DNA of 64,000 bases, from contig NMRA01000101.1 of assembly GCA_002633005.1 (NCBI GenBank), positions 945,151 to 1,009,150 of the forward strand, given 5' to 3'. The notes beneath the pieces are model-generated. The model ran no database searches. It was not told the origin of the DNA and saw only the letters and a list, made by a program, of their open reading frames with translations. How positions within the stretch are numbered: position 1 is the first letter of the stretch; each line of letters opens with the position of its first letter. This DNA comes from Phoronis australis. Taxonomy: Eukaryota; Animalia; Phoronida. The position numbers and the translations under genes were made by a program. This document shows positions 48,898 to 59,790 of this stretch, piece after piece.

Positions 48898-51512
48898 TGA
48901 CGTATGAATGGTAAAAAGTGTCTGTGAAGCATTAGTATTACTTGCAATAATCTGTCATTAAACGAATTCTGCAGATCGCCTGGGACGTTGTTATTAGAGG
49001 CTCAGTTTTGGAAAGGTTAGCCAATCGTTTCAAAATTGATGGTCTTCAATGATTTGCTTGCAGATAAAATTCGTTTCTATCATTCTATCGAAAGATTTGG
49101 GGCGTTTTGCGCTTGTGGGCAAAAGGGAGTATTGTTTAACATGTGATGTATGAATGCAGATACATGATATGACTAGAGGAGACAAGCTGACAGCTTCAAG
49201 ATAGTCAGTGCCGGCCTCCGACTTGTAGGAGAACATTTCGCCTGAGTACTTTCACCTGGCAATTTGCTTTCCTTTTGTATGGCTAAATAATTCTAATTAT
49301 TTAAACAGTTCAGACGTTTTAAGCGGCACATTTTTTGTATAAAAAGAAGTTTATATGGATTAAATTAACACTTATGTTGAGCTGTAGAGGGCGCGGTAAA
49401 CAATAGCATAAGTTCTGAACAGTTGACCTGCAGCTCAAAAAATAAATTCCAGGGGTAGGCCATGATTGGGGGCAGTTTTGAGGTAGGCGCTGCACGGGCT
49501 CTGTGATTATGGTTTGTTTGTCATTGTGAACATTCTGGGAATGAGAAATGACTGCTCGTTCGACAGTAGAAGCAGTCTTCTTCAAGATGACGGCCTCCTA
49601 GAGGTTGCATTAGTTAGAGCATTGTTGAGTGGCGACTGCGGAAATGGAATGCCCTCAAACAAACCAGAATTGGTAAAAAACTAGTTGGTTGACAGCTCAC
49701 ATTTTTGTAATCTGCAGAAAATTTGTTTTCAGAATCTAGTGTTGGCTTATGTGGCGCATTTTCAGGGCCAAGTGATGGTTTTGACGTTGACAGTGCTAAT
49801 TTTGTGTTTTGCTCCTCTTTCTTAGTCTACATTGCTTCTAAGTAGGAGTGCCGAAAGGGGCAAAAGTTCGAGACAAAATTGAGTTTCTGTGTTCATCTGT
49901 TCTAGGGCTTTTGAAGATGTGAAATGACTCAAAACTTTTCAATCAATGCATACGGTTTTCTACAGAGTGAAGAAAATGTGGCCAATCCATTGGTGTGTAT
50001 TCTGCTAGGCAACACCCAGTAAGAACTGTTCTGCGCCCCATTATCACAAACTGAGAAACCCATCTCTGGTTTCAGTGGTATTGGAAGATTATACAACTAC
50101 CCTGAGTACACCACATTAAGAAATCCTTGGCGGATCGATACAGAAAGTAGGTCCTAATAAAAGTAAAAGGGTTTAGTCTGGTCATGAAAAAGTAGACAAT
50201 AAAGAGTATTTAAAAGCAAAGCATGTGTTATACTTTCGCAGTGTTTCCATGGGTATGGAAATTAAACAACTTGCTGAGGATATTATAAATCAAGTGTAGC
50301 CTAGAATTACGAAAATTAATTAATAAGTCAAATTTTTATCAGAACTTGACTAGTGTGATTCATTTTGGTTGTTTGATGTAACTTCTATATGTACATCGGT
50401 TACAATAGGTCTTATCGCTGAATGAAACTGCATCAGCCTTCATCAAACTACAAACAGAATTCAGTTTGGTGTACGTTTTACAAAGACATTGTTTAAAAAC
50501 ACATTTCGGTATCCTGATTTTTTAATATCACTGGAAACACATTTTGCCATGTATAAGACCATGAATAAGTGAATGGTACCAATACTTCATTAAAAGTATC
50601 AATTTCAGATGCAATTTCTTGGCATTACATTTTAGTATACTACTGAAATATTGGAACGCTGGAATAGACCAAAATGGGAATTTAGGGGTACAAATTAAAC
50701 TCAAGAAATCTGGTATTAAATATTGATTAATAATCAACATTGGCCTCTTGTATGTTTCAATGAACGTGGAATAAGACGACTTTGTGCTCCATTAGTTATA
50801 TTCTTACGAGACTCACCCACATTGTCCTAATATTGTTACTGTTAATTGTGAAAGCCTTTTTACAGTACTTCAGAGAGGAGCCGTTGGAGGCCAAGGGAGG
50901 GTGTTTTTGGTGGACGAGGGGGCCTACCTTTCTTTGACCGTGATTGTGATGTGGGGTGATTATCACCAATTAAAAGTCGACGGAAACTGTTCCAAAATTG
51001 AGGCTCGCTTTTCCGCTACCTTTCGTAATATTTGCTTCACAGTAGTTCATCACACTTTTCTTCAATAAACTATCAACAACCTTCTCTTACTTGTTCAGTT
51101 GAATGAAACCTAAATTCAGTGCTTCTTTGGAAAAAACATCAACACGGTCCAAATGTTTGTTTTAAATGTAGTTTCTTATTCAGTGAAATAACATTTTATA
51201 CAAAATTGCCTTGAAGCTGAAGATAAGCAGTCTAAATTGACAATCACTCTAAAACAAGTTTTCTCATGAACACCGCGTTTCTGTATTGCTATGTCTTACC
51301 GAGTCAGTCACATAAATATTTCCGGACCTTACACTAAGCCTACATGCTAATGTTGGATTAAATATGCAGTAAGGTTGCAATTTGCAATAGTTGTCAAATT
51401 CTTATTCACTCAGAAAGGGTCACGGCATTTTCACTTTCCGGGATCATTGGGAGGTTTTCCCGAACTGGGTCGTAGCCCAGAAGAGGCTGTTTGGAGCGGT
51501 ACACGCAGTAAT

Positions 51513-51643
51513 TCAGAGTTGTGAAACAGTGCAACCGTTGTTTCTCTGCTCACACCCTGCAGTGTGCTTCATCATGTGTGGTCTGCTTGTTCCTGAGTCA
51601 ACAGATATTTCGTTATGATTACTGTCAACAGAGAAGTCTGAAT
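51513..51643 (-). CDS. Aquaporin probable terminal exon (DSDFSVDSNHNEISVDSG...CTVSQL*)
   Basis: Acceptor GTCTTTTCAG| in matching phase 1; open 43-codon hydrophilic tail to TGA. Confidence 0.68.
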
Positions 51644-51773
51644 CTGAAAAGACACAAGTAATGAGATTTTGAAATAAAAAATGCAACTGCAAATCGAATA
51701 AACAATGTCACCAAATTAAACATCAAACTAAGCCGGACTAACTACATTTACCAAATCGTCAAGTATACGTCAC

Positions 51774-51882
51774 CTTCGCCCTCTCTGATTGGTTCTTGCA
51801 CAGTTTTGAGTTTCCAGATAAACATGAACTCATAAAGCACAGATGCCACAACAGAGCCACCTAACGGACCAACCCAGTAGAC
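51774..51882 (-). CDS. Aquaporin exon 6 (VYWVGPLGGSVVASVLYEFMF, TM6)
   Basis: Acceptor TTTACAG| and donor G|GTGAC. VYWVGP motif. Confidence 0.94.
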
Positions 51883-52623
51883 CTGTAAAACATCAGGGTG
51901 TCACTGAGACTTACTTCTCAAGCCTACACCAGCGCATTAATTTACTTAGACCCGGTCAAGTTCTTTCCGCTTGTAACCATATCATGTCATTGTCTCATTA
52001 GGCAAAAAAGTATTGGTGGTTCTGGTTTCGGGATCTAATCTTTGTACTCGACATCGAACTCGAAATTATTTTTGGCATTTTTTATTTTGTGTTATTGCGA
52101 GCTCAAGATAAGTGTCTATTCTTCTGTGCTGGAATACACTGTGGTTTATCCATACTAGTTTCTAGTTCAAGTTTGTACTTGATGACCACTGGGGTCATCA
52201 AGTGCAAACTACGATTAGAAAATTCTTCAAGCTGGCCATGTTTATGCGTCTACTAAAAGACTAAAATTTCAATGCGTATTTTCGTAATTATAAGCCAGTT
52301 TTGTAACAATTACTTTGATGGCGTTTGAAATTATTGGAAATATGTATCATTTGGCTCACATACACGAATTTACACAGTTAATATGTTAATATGTCAGTCC
52401 AAAGTAACCGTTTGATCGAAATTTCGGTGTTTTGACACAGGTTGATGAAAATCGGGGAAACATAACGCCAAATAGCGAAGTCCAGATACCCCAGTGCTTT
52501 GCACGTTTGCGAATCAAAATGCAATGTAGGCTTATTGATACATAATATATTGATGATCATTCGTAGCCATAGAGCTTCTAACATTCGCCCTCACGTGCGC
52601 CACAACCACTGTAAACTACTTAC

Positions 52624-52704
52624 CCATTGTATGGACCAATTTCCAGTGTGCACAGCGGGTCCTAAAGCTATGACTGGATTCATGGTTGCGCCGGTGTATC
52701 TTCC
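52624..52704 (-). CDS. Second copy of aquaporin exon 5 (identical peptide; probably an assembly or haplotype duplication)
   Basis: Part of a ~360-bp tandem duplication whose copies are joined by a single N at 52796. One synonymous difference within the exon (GGC versus GGT). Confidence 0.5.
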
Positions 52705-52983
52705 CTAAAATCATGTTGAGAATAATTTTCACTAAAAATGGTCCATTATCGACAAGTGTGCAAAAGGCATCGTTTTAGGTGACATGAAGAGCAGGNCAGG
52801 TTGATGAAAATCGGGGAAACATAACGCCAAATAGCGAAGTCCAGATACCCCAGTGCTTTGCACGTTTGCGAATCAAAATGCAATGTAGGCTTATTGATAC
52901 ATTAATATATTGATGATCATTCGTAGCCATAGAGCTTCTAACATTCGCCCTCACGTGCGCCACAACCACTGTAAACTACTTAC

Positions 52984-53064
52984 CCATTGTATGGACCAAT
53001 TTCCAGTGTGCACAGCGGGTCCTAAAGCTATGACTGGATTCATGGTTGCACCGGTGTATCTTCC
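52984..53064 (-). CDS. Aquaporin exon 5 (GRYTGATMNPVIALGPAVHTGNWSIQW, second NPA box reads NPV)
   Basis: Acceptor TTTTAG| and donor TGG|GTAAGT; 81 nt, phase 0 to 0. Confidence 0.92.
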
Positions 53065-54481
53065 CTAAAATCATGTTGAGAATAATTTTCACTAAAAATG
53101 GTCCATTATCGACAAGTGTGCAAAAGGCATCCTTTCAGGTGACATGAAGAGCAGGATCCTCCCCCTCACCGGGACGACAAGACAGTCTCTCTTCATCACC
53201 CAGAAAAGACCCCCTCATCATTAAACCTAGACCCCTCCTCTCACTACAAGAAGACACTCTCCCCTCGTAATAAAAAGACCTGAACAGATGACTTACTCCC
53301 TCATTATGAAAAGAAGACTATCGCAAATCATCAAGAGACAAGACTCCCTGTCTCATATTGAAAAGACTCACTGCCTCGTCATAAAGAGATGAGGCCCTTC
53401 CTTCATAACGAAAAGAAAACCACATCATCATGAAAAAATCTCTCCCCTCGTCATGTAGAGAAGTCTGCCGCCTTAGCTCATCGTGAGAAGACTCCCTTCC
53501 GTATTTTGAAGAGAAGAGTCTCTCCTTTCGCGATGAGGCGAAGAATCCCTCACCTCATCGTTAAAAGACTTCTTCCCCTTCCTCACGCATGGGCGGCGCA
53601 GCAGTGAAATAAATGTGGGGCTATAGCCCCCCAGCCCCCTATGGTGCGGCGCCCAAGTCAAGAAGACAAGACTGCAAACGAAACAAAATTTTAATGTCGG
53701 TCTGAGGAGAAAATTAACAGCCTTACTTCTGTGCACAGATAGTGATTCTAAAATGTTTACGCAGATTCCGGAAAAAATGCAAAATGGACTCGCACGAACA
53801 GGTCAGCAGACACACTTCTTTTCACATGAGTTGCATTTCCTTTGTCACCCTCAGCAATGCTCTCCTCAGCCCGAAAGTAAAATTTTGTTTGAATTCCCTT
53901 CATACCTAAAGAATGAAAACTCTGTGCAACAGATGCGAGCGTGCTCGACCGTGAGAACTTGAAGTACTACAAGATTTCACTTACCTGCTGAACCCTTTCA
54001 GAGGCATGAGGGAAACAATAAAATAAGAGAACGTCCTTACAAACTCTCAAAAAATGGTGAGGTACATAATAATACACTTCTCCAATAGAGGTCGCAATGT
54101 ACATGGAGAATGTTCGTTAAGTGCTGCCGATTTAAAGTATTTTTATCAATGGAGTTTTCATTTTTAAATGCACAAGGGCATGAACATATGCCAACTTTTA
54201 AGGTATATATCCCTGCCCTTGTGCATTTTGTTTTACAAAATGGCACACATTACAAACAATATGAAGAATGCAGTAGTGACAGTAACACTCGCTCTGAGAT
54301 GTTTGGATTTTATGGTCGAAAACGCGTTAACAAAATGAAATTTGCAGTTTTCTGTCACTCAAGTGATAGCGTGATTGTTCTGGAGCTCGCGCGTCAGTGG
54401 GCCCTGACGTGTGAACAAAATTGTTTTCAAATCTCTATTTCACCTTTGTGAGAAAAGTTATTCTACTCAGAATTTACTTAC

Positions 54482-54686
54482 AAATGACAAAATGGCGACT
54501 GTGACTGTCAAGCCTATGTGGATGACAGGCATGTAGACGGATTTGAAACGTTCATCTATGGCTCCTAGTGTCACGAGGACCAGGGCGAAGGTAATATAAA
54601 GTTCAACAAAAACACCTTGAACCAAACTGATGGATGGATGCAGTGACGGCCCACCAATGGTGCTGGCAAACGGCTCGCCGAGCGAA
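54482..54686 (-). CDS. Aquaporin exon 4 (loop C, TM4 QGVFVELYITFALV, TM5 IGLTVTVAILSF)
   Basis: Acceptor TTTTCAG| and donor |GTAAGT. ExxxTFxLV and IGLxV motifs. Confidence 0.94.
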
Positions 54687-55900
54687 CTGAAAAATGCGAC
54701 AGAATATTTCATAATCAATTAATATGATACTATTTTTTCGGATTAATATCATATGCACACACACACGCATGCACGCACGCACGTACACAAATGACAGACA
54801 TCAACACAAGGTTAAACAACAACGTTATTTTATGTTTTTGTAAAGGTATACAACAATAACAAGAATTGCTATTATATGAGTTAGTGTACGCGAATCACAA
54901 ATAAAGAGCAAAAGGATGACACCCAAGGTCGAATTTGTACTCTTAGGCATGCTCAAATCAATGCCATGGCAACATTCAATTTTAATACGAAAACAAACAG
55001 CACGGTCTCTATATAATAAAATCTTGACATAAAGGCATACCTTCAAGGAGTAAAAATAGAAAGGCAAACCAATAAAGAGGTGTCTATTAGGTTTTTGGGT
55101 CAACCCATTAAGGGTTATTGTTTGTGAATAACATGAAACACCTGGAGAATGGGTAAGCAATAACTTTGAAAATATATTTGTACTACAGAATATTAGCTTT
55201 CGGAGTATCTTCTTTCTTGAAAAATTTATAATCCTTTATTTTCTGGTGAATTTTGCGTGGATTTGGCAGTTCATTTTTAACAAATTTTATCACTGAATCG
55301 TTACTCGCGTCAAGCACCATAAACTCACATTATTTTTCAAAATCGGGTTTTTTTTGAATAAGTAAACTTATGTTCAAGACAAATGATGCGTGTACCGCCA
55401 CTAATTCTAATTAAATGGTCAGTATGCTTAGGGGAGGGGAGGAGACACGTAAGTCCTAATACTACACGTACAAAATTCCTAAAGGGTCAGTTCAGTCGCA
55501 CCAAATTCATTATTTGAACGTCCGACACCGTGTTGCTCAAAACACCTGTAATATACTGTGACAACAATGAAATTGCACTGTGCCTGAGATGTTCTAACTT
55601 TGCCTTTAAGTTTGTATTTTTTCGCATTTTTAATGCCTTGTTTTTTCTCCCATTTCATGTATTAGTTAATTTACAACTTAAGTTTGAGCTTAATTAATTT
55701 GCTATTCCTTTCCTTCCTCCCTCCCTCTCACCATCCCTCCTTCTCACCCTCCACCCCGCCTCACTCCTCCCTCCTAAAACACTGTCTTACAAAGATTGTC
55801 AACAAGTTGTTTCAACGTTTGTTGTTTCAAATTTCTTGGGTACGTTGTGAGATCTACTTTGGGTGACAGAACCCTTAGTTAAAGAAAGTATTCGACTTAC

Positions 55901-55961
55901 TTTGACCAAGACAGGACAGCTGCAACAGAGCCCACACTTTGGGCTATTATGTACAGAAACG
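55901..55961 (-). CDS. Aquaporin exon 3 (AFLYIIAQSVGSVAAVLSWS, TM3)
   Basis: Acceptor TTTTCAG| and donor AA|GTAAGT. YxxAQxxG motif; phases 1 to 2 fit the neighbouring exons. Confidence 0.9.
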
Positions 55962-56288
55962 CTGAAAACATTAGATATTTCTGTTATTTCACACATTTAT
56001 CAAACAAACAAACATTTCAATACTAGGATGATTAGTCTATTGGCAACATATTAGAACCAATTACTTTAATTTAGCTTAAAATGGAATGGCCACTTTGTTT
56101 TTCTTAACTTTCCACAGAGTTATCATGGGCACTTTATTTAGGGTAAAATTTCTTGAACTTATGAATATCATTAGACTACAGTTGCTAAAAAGTAGCCTAC
56201 AACGGAAGCTCTTAATTGAGAAAGAAAATCACCTGTCCAGAATGGTGTTCAACGTTTGAAAAATAAGATTTCCAAACACAGGTATTAC

Positions 56289-56423
56289 CTCTCAACACTG
56301 AAATTCTGTGTGTTATGAGGAATGAGACACTAATGGCCGGGTTCATGTGACCTCCGCTGATATGAACGAAGCATTCGATCAGAACTAAGAGCGCCATCCC
56401 ACATCCCAACGCAAATCTCAAAT
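56289..56423 (-). CDS. Aquaporin exon 2 (TM2 and HISGGHMNPA, first NPA)
   Basis: Acceptor TTGCAG| and donor G|GTAAT; 135 nt. MIP signature SGxHxNPA. Confidence 0.95.
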
Positions 56424-57195
56424 CTGCAACAATTAAAATCCTAGAAGACAAGGGTTTTTCATTACAAATTTTTCAAATATTTATCATCAACTATACACGA
56501 CTTTCCATTACTTGACCTGAATAGCCCGGTAGGAGCCATTTCATGATCACGTGACTATCTCGCTATCGCCATACGGAGTGCGTGTGGATTTTACACTTGC
56601 TGAATGACAGCCTTACCACATATCTGGGTACTGAATGTTTGCAAATGTGTCAATGATCAAACTGCTTTCTAGATCAATGTCAGTTTTAGGTGTCTATGCA
56701 TTTCAGTACAGATGACGTGATAGCTGGTGTTAGTGTAACCATAAAGTCTAAGTATTCTCCATTCTCGGCAAGCTCGTATTGGGAATCTAGTGCGTCATAG
56801 CAGGACAGTCTTAAAGTGACATCCAAGCGAACGCTTTGATTTCACACACTTTCCGCAGCAAAATTGATTTCAACCTGTTCCTCACTCTGATGAGAAGTCA
56901 TTTCTGGATTTGCAAGGAACTGAAAGTTCGTTACTACTTTAAATCATACTTAGTCCATAAATTGGCACGCCATAGCAAGCCTACTTGCACAGCCTAGTCT
57001 CAAGCAGTAACGAAATGCCAGTTCTGCAGAAGCTCTTGAATCCATCTAAAAGTTGTTTGTGTGATGGAAAGCGGGTTTATCGCCTTTTTAACTGGTACAA
57101 CTGCAAGGCGTGTTCAGACATGGTACAGACCTAAGGCACTTTACTATCTTTGACAAACTAAATTTCTTCAATGTAAGTTGTGAAACGTTATTCAC

Positions 57196-57319
57196 CTGGT
57201 GATCCATCTGTGTTTTTGTTCATGCCGTTGTTCATGTTGAAGGATATCAGCATGAAAGTTCCCAGGAACTCTGCCAAAACGGCCTTCCATAGCTCAACAG
57301 ACGACACCTCGCGCCTCAT
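57196..57319 (-). CDS. Aquaporin (MIP family) coding exon 1 (MRREVSSVELWKAVLAEFLGTFML..., TM1)
   Basis: AEFLGT TM1 motif and donor G|GTGAA. An acceptor TTTCAG| lies at 57344 and the frame is open from it to this ATG, so a further upstream coding exon is possible. Confidence 0.88.
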
Positions 57320-57495
57320 GTAGCTACCCGTGAACTTGTAGACCCTGAAATTATTTATGTCTATACGAGAATACTTCGCTTGTGCAACTAATTATTTATG
57401 ATATTCAAAACAGAAGAATTGTTAACCATGAAGCATTTTTTCTGAAACCTGCTTGATCCTCAAAAATTATTTTATTGCATTCAGACCAACGTTTA

Positions 57496-58831
57496 AGGCG
57501 AAGGCAACCTTTTTTCATGTCATTTTGAGCTAAAATAAGGTTGGTTGGTTATCCTAGACATATTTTCCACTTAAGTACAGCTTTTCGTAATTTTATAAAT
57601 TACTCGTCCGCTACTCCGGAAGTGACGTTTTAGGAGGCACGCGTTTCCCGCCACTTGGTTTTGCGTTGACTTTACCGTGCGAATCTGTTCTATTCTACTT
57701 TTGTTTTGTGCTGTTTTTCAACAATTGTCGCCACCACTTTCCATCGGTGAGTATTCTGCGGCAAGATAAGTTAGTAGAGAACTCAACTACGTTGGATTTA
57801 GGGATTGTTTAGTGTGTTGTAAGCTGAAAATGGCTGGAGTCGGTGACCCGTATCACANNNNNNNNNNNNNNNNNNNNNNNNNNNNNNNNNNNNNNNNNNN
57901 NNNNNNNNNNNNNNNNNNNNNNNNNNNNNNNNNNNNNNNNNNNNNNNNNNNNNNNNNNNNNNNNNNNNNNNNNNNNNNNNNNNNNNNNNNNNNNNNNNNN
58001 NNNNNNNNNNNNNNNNNNNNNNNNNNNNNNNNNNNNNNNNNNNNNNNNNNNNNNNNNNNNNNNNNNNNNNNNNNNNNNNNNNNNNNNNNNNNNNNNNNNN
58101 NNNNNNNNNNNNNNNNNNNNNNNNNNNNNNNNNNNNNNNNNNNNNNNNNNNNNNNNNNNNNNNNNNNNNNNNNNNNNNNNNNNNNNNNNNNNNNNNNNNN
58201 NNNNNNNNNNNNNNNNNNNNNNNNNNNNNNNNNNNNNNNNNNNNNNNNNNNNNNNNNNNNNNNNNNNNNNNNNNNNNNNNNNNNNNNNNNNNNNNNNNNN
58301 NNNNNNNNNNNNNNNNNNNNNNNNNNNNNNNNNNNNNNNNNNNNNNNNNNNNNNNNNNNNNNNNNNNNNNNNNNNNNNNNNNNNNNNNNNNNNNNNNNNN
58401 NNNNNNNNNNNNNNNNNNNNNNNNNNNNNNNNNNNNNNNNNNNNNNNNNNNNNNNNNNNNNNNNNNNNNNNNNNNNNNNNNNNNNNNNNNNNNNNNNNNN
58501 NNNNNNNNNNNNNNNNNNNNNNNNNNNNNNNNNNNNNNNNNNNNNNNNNNNNNNNNNNNNNNNNNNNNNNNNNNNNNNNNNNNNNNNNNNNNNNNNNNNN
58601 NNNNNNNNNNNNNNNNNNNNNNNNNNNNNNNNNNNNNNNNNNNNNNNNNNNNNNNNNNNNNNNNNNNNNNNNNNNNNNNNNNATGCTTGCCTCCTAAAAC
58701 GTCACTTCCGGAGTAGCGGACGAGTAATTAATAAAATTACGAAAAGTTGTAATTAAGTGGAAAATATGTCTAGGATAACCAACCAACCTTATTTTAGCTC
58801 AAAATGACATGGAAAAAGGTTGCCTTCGCCT
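57496..58831. mobile_element. Young DNA transposon with ~145-bp near-perfect TIRs (Kolobok-like), interior largely in the gap
   Basis: 57496-57640 is the reverse complement of 58689-58831; termini AGG...CCT flanked by TTTA and TTAA. Confidence 0.75.
57858..58682. other. Assembly gap (825 N)
   Basis: Run of N. Confidence 1.
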
Positions 58832-59289
58832 TTAACGGAGAGGCTGGGGCTGGACCTTTTCCGCGGTGGGGTTCGCTCGAACCGTTTGAATCCCCTTGGC
58901 TACGGGCCTGCTTCGCATTGTACAAAAGAATGTTTTTGTTCACAACTACCCTGCATTGATTTCACGGCATAGTGTTTCACGTATTTGTTTTCATGGTGAT
59001 TTTTGGAAAGAATGCAAACTGAAACCCTTCGGCACTCAGTAACAGTAGCCTAGATTATGCATTTGAAAATCGGTCTCAGTCACAAATTATCTCTCAATAG
59101 GAGATGTTCGTATGTAATTACGGATAACATTTATTCGCCCTAAATGTGCACATCTATCAACATCAAATTTACAATACAAAGACACTTCACTGAATAACGG
59201 GCATAGGGCACAGGTTATGTCTGACTATTGAATTATTACGTGCATACATTTGAGAACGAAATTAATGCCCGTTATTCAATATTGAGTAA

Positions 59290-59790
59290 AAGGTCCTTTC
59301 AAACTAATGTCTGCGCGTCGATGCTTTGGGCAGTTGCTGTCATATGAATGGTCCTGGATGGAGCGGCAATTAACTTCGTAGTAAACTGGTGGTTGTAACA
59401 GCGAGCGTCGACACTGCGGTGCAGTACAATGAACGGTCAACTTCGATCCAATCGAAGTTATCACCAGGGGCCTCTGTTATCGTCAACTACTAAAGGGCTG
59501 TGTCATCGCTAATAGTTGCTTGTATTTTTCTCGAATAATCATTAATCGAATTAGAAATAAGTTTTATATCAATTAGCACATGTAAATGCTCCCAAATTGC
59601 CACATTAAAAAATCTTAGGGTGCACGCGATGCATCAGCGCTACCTTGCGATATTACTTCGATGACAAAAGCGTGACCTACTGTTTACTTCGATGTCCGTT
59701 AACCACCGAAGCCGGTATCTGGGTATTTGAACGGATAAGTTAACTTCGCAGTTTGCGTCGACGCTCCGCTCAGACCGGATGAAAGGCCTT
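59290..59790. mobile_element. PIF/Harbinger-like MITE, copy 2 (diverged)
   Basis: Colinear with copy 1: shares CGTCGAC-CTGCGGTGCAGTA, CAATCGAAGTTATC, CAGCGCTACCTTGCGATA and CGTCGACGCTCCGCTCAGACCGGA. Confidence 0.7.

Noticed and set aside
56886-56930. Hammerhead core CTGATGA...GAAA
   Set aside because: No convincing stem II or stem III and no PLE context.
57812-58756. 314-aa and 284-aa ORFs
   Set aside because: Artifacts of translating through the N gap.
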